From an uncultured candidate division Zixibacteria bacterium (GTDB taxonomy: Bacteria; Zixibacteria; MSB-5A5; UBA10806): a stretch of 64,000 nucleotides of DNA. The notes under the pieces are model-generated. The model was not told the origin of the DNA and ran no database searches. It saw nothing but the letters and a program-made list of their open reading frames with translations. This document shows positions 63,247 through 64,000 of the stretch, one piece after another. A program made the translations under genes and the position numbers. Location of the stretch: contig CAWDFP010000006.1 of NCBI GenBank assembly GCA_963801605.1, positions 512,001-576,000 on the forward strand, given 5' to 3'. Every line of letters starts with the position of its first letter. Position 1 is the stretch's first letter.

Positions 63247-64000
63247 AAGTTGCCCTTATTCATGACTGGCTAAATGGGATGCGCGGAGGCGAAAAGGTTC
63301 TGGAAGCGCTATGCGAACTTTTTCCCGACGCTGTCATATTTACTCTATTTTATCAACCCGATAAAGTATCATCGAATATTTCCAGACATCAGGTAAGAGC
63401 TTCCTATCTCGACAAAATCCCCGGTATGAAAAAATCGTACCGGAACCTACTGCCTCTTTACCCTAAAGCCATGGAAGCCCTGAAGCTCGACGAATTCGAT
63501 CTTTGCATATCGGTTTCACACAGCGTTGCCAAGGGTATCCGTCCAGGACCAAACAGCCTGCATATCTGTGTATGCCTGACACCCATGAGATACATCTGGG
63601 ATCGTTTTGACGATTATTTTACCGACGGAGAAAACGGCCAGATCCGTCGAAATATAGCGCGCCTGATGTGCAAGAATCTTCAGCACTGGGATGTGGAATC
63701 ATCGAGCCGGGTCGATCTGTTTGTATCGATATCGGATTTCGTTAAAAGACGAATCAGAAAATTCTATAATCGCCCCTCGGTGGTGATCTATCCCTTTGCC
63801 GATACAGGTTTTTTCACGCCGGCAACTAACGGCACAAGCAAAGCAAGAGTCGAGGAGAAAAAATATTTTTTGGCCGTTTCGGCCCTGGTGCCATATAAGC
63901 GTATTCATGATATCAGCGAGGCATTCAGGGGGCTTGATGAGCGGATTACTATTGTAGGTGATGGTCCCGAGAAAAAGCGGCTGATTAAGCAGGCCCCTCC
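63243..64000 (+). CDS. Glycosyltransferase family 4, partial (runs off the window)
   Basis: Manual translation (TTG)KVALIHDWLNGMRGGEKVLEA..TPMRYIWD..VSALVPYKR. Confidence 0.9.
   Translation, partial: MKVALIHDWLNGMRGGEKVLEALCELFPDAVIFTLFYQPDKVSSNISRHQVRASYLDKIPGMKKSYRNLLPLYPKAMEALKLDEFDLCISVSHSVAKGIRPGPNSLHICVCLTPMRYIWDRFDDYFTDGENGQIRRNIARLMCKNLQHWDVESSSRVDLFVSISDFVKRRIRKFYNRPSVVIYPFADTGFFTPATNGTSKARVEEKKYFLAVSALVPYKRIHDISEAFRGLDERITIVGDGPEKKRLIKQAP

Noticed and set aside
1043..63908. Numerous short antisense or alternate-frame ORFs in the ORF track (e.g. 47453-48004, 11237-11749, 33565-33981)
   Set aside because: They overlap well-supported genes and have no recognisable motifs

Overview
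Bacterial chromosomal segment near the replication origin. The lineage is probably FCB-group, Zixibacteria-like; this is inferred from a 'NGVSYEIADAV' dockerin repeat, a FlgD/T9SS-like C-terminal domain and a group II GGGP synthase. Contents in order: a HigBA-type TA pair; mnmG-rsmG-parA-parB-M23-bactofilin with three parS sites; accessory genes including a RAYT transposase bracketed by GTGG-type REP doublets; a likely oriC (tandem DnaA boxes, CCCC spacer, DnaA-trios) before dnaN-recF-coaX, with no adjacent dnaA; a 1728-aa multi-PAS/GAF kinase with a receiver and a REC-PAS-GAF-LuxR regulator; a pentose-phosphate operon; NDH-2; a liv ABC operon; menA; secDF; two secreted proteins; and alaS-GGGPS-gmhA-flippase-GT4 genes. 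Many conserved genes are frameshifted, most likely by long-read indel errors. I found no rRNA, tRNA or CRISPR array. Best leads: the GGGP synthase inside a glycan operon, the dnaA-less origin, the RAYT/REP unit, and TAC-N11-GTA sites with a candidate sRNA around the LuxR cassette.
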